64,000 nucleotides of DNA from a virus, in IMG/VR virus record IMGVR_UViG_3300046804_003518, positions 32,001 to 96,000 of that record. One strand, given 5' to 3'. Under the pieces are notes generated by a model. It was given only the letters and a program-made list of their open reading frames with translations, did no database searches and had not been told where the DNA came from. Of this stretch, positions 63,370-64,000 are shown in pieces. Numbering within the stretch: position 1 is the first letter of the stretch; every line of letters begins with the position of its first letter. Both the position numbers and the translations under genes were made by a program.

Positions 63370-64000
63370 TGAAGAATAACTTAGTTATCTATACTCCTAG
63401 AACTGGTAGTACATTCTTAACGGAAATATTAGCTGCTAGTACTGGAACTGTTAATCTAAACGAGTCTATTGTAGATAGTTGTGTTTCAGCTTTTAATAGA
63501 CAAGAAGTTTTTAGCAATCCGTACTATGCAGCCTACCGACCAAGTTTACAAGCATTAATTAATAAAGAATTTTCTGAGGGGGGTACCCGTAGCTTTAAAC
63601 CATATGCTGATGCTAAACAGCTTAGAATTAATTTGTTAAAGCAGACAAGTATGTGGACAGTAAAAGAAACATCATCACCCTTTCAAAATAATTTTGAATT
63701 TGTTAAGTACTGTTGTAATTCTGATGATGTAAATGTGTATATGGTTTACAGGAAGGATATTGTCTCACAATTCATTTCCTTTATACACATGGTCAACAAC
63801 AAATCAATATTCACCCAGAGTGATATTGGTAACTCAGAATTAAAGCCTGGTAACATTACAGATAGAACAATAGCAGCAAAGACTCCAGTGTTTGTTGATA
63901 TGTTAGTCTACTGGAGACTTCTTTATGAAATGTTTAAGGACAAGGTAACGCTAGTTAACTATGAAGATGTAATCAAGACGATGGACTTCTCATCTCTTGG
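63369..64000 (+). CDS. PAPS-dependent sulfotransferase-like protein, 3'-truncated by the window edge (not in the ORF track)
   Basis: Manual translation MKNNLVIYTPRTGSTFL (5'-PSB loop)...VYMVYRKDIVSQFIS (3'-PB)...LVNYED; TAATG coupling with dsbA. Confidence 0.72.
   Translation, partial: MKNNLVIYTPRTGSTFLTEILAASTGTVNLNESIVDSCVSAFNRQEVFSNPYYAAYRPSLQALINKEFSEGGTRSFKPYADAKQLRINLLKQTSMWTVKETSSPFQNNFEFVKYCCNSDDVNVYMVYRKDIVSQFISFIHMVNNKSIFTQSDIGNSELKPGNITDRTIAAKTPVFVDMLVYWRLLYEMFKDKVTLVNYEDVIKTMDFSSL

Overview
64 kb of a large T4-like myophage genome (TATAAATA late promoters, gp55 sigma factor, canonical gp13-gp23 block). Every credible gene is on the + strand except one HNH endonuclease. Layout: (1) 1-30.5 kb, baseplate-associated DUF4815-type proteins and a large fibre/adhesin region; (2) 30.5-45 kb, neck, terminase, sheath, tube, portal, prohead core, protease, scaffold and major capsid genes; (3) 45-54 kb, accessory enzymes, gp3, uvsY, uvsW, gp55, gp47, gp46; (4) 54-64 kb, an accessory island with a 7-deazaguanine DNA-modification pathway (QueE, QueD, FolE2, a second QueD-like T-fold, a TGT/DpdA-like protein, a PRTase; no QueC in the window), two nucleases, dCTP deaminase/dUTPase, peptide deformylase, a glycosyltransferase, DsbA and a truncated sulfotransferase. 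The most striking observation is the 1319-aa Thr-rich protein at 24411-28370. Parsed by hand into 4- and 6-residue units, its N-terminal arm (122 units, 628 aa) and C-terminal arm (122 units, 627 aa) have exactly mirror-image length patterns around a 14-aa aromatic tip. Arg/Lys units almost always face Phe/Tyr units and never another basic unit. This reads as a protein stem-loop, a giant self-complementary antiparallel beta-hairpin filament, and two glycosyltransferase-like genes follow it. Other highlights: a Dps/ferritin domain inside a prohead-core polyprotein bounded by gp21-type cleavage sites, a HAD phosphatase with a capsid-targeting-like leader, dense N-X-S/T sequons in virion proteins, and an out-of-frame fusion scar in the fibre region. 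All family assignments come from motif recognition; no database searches were run.
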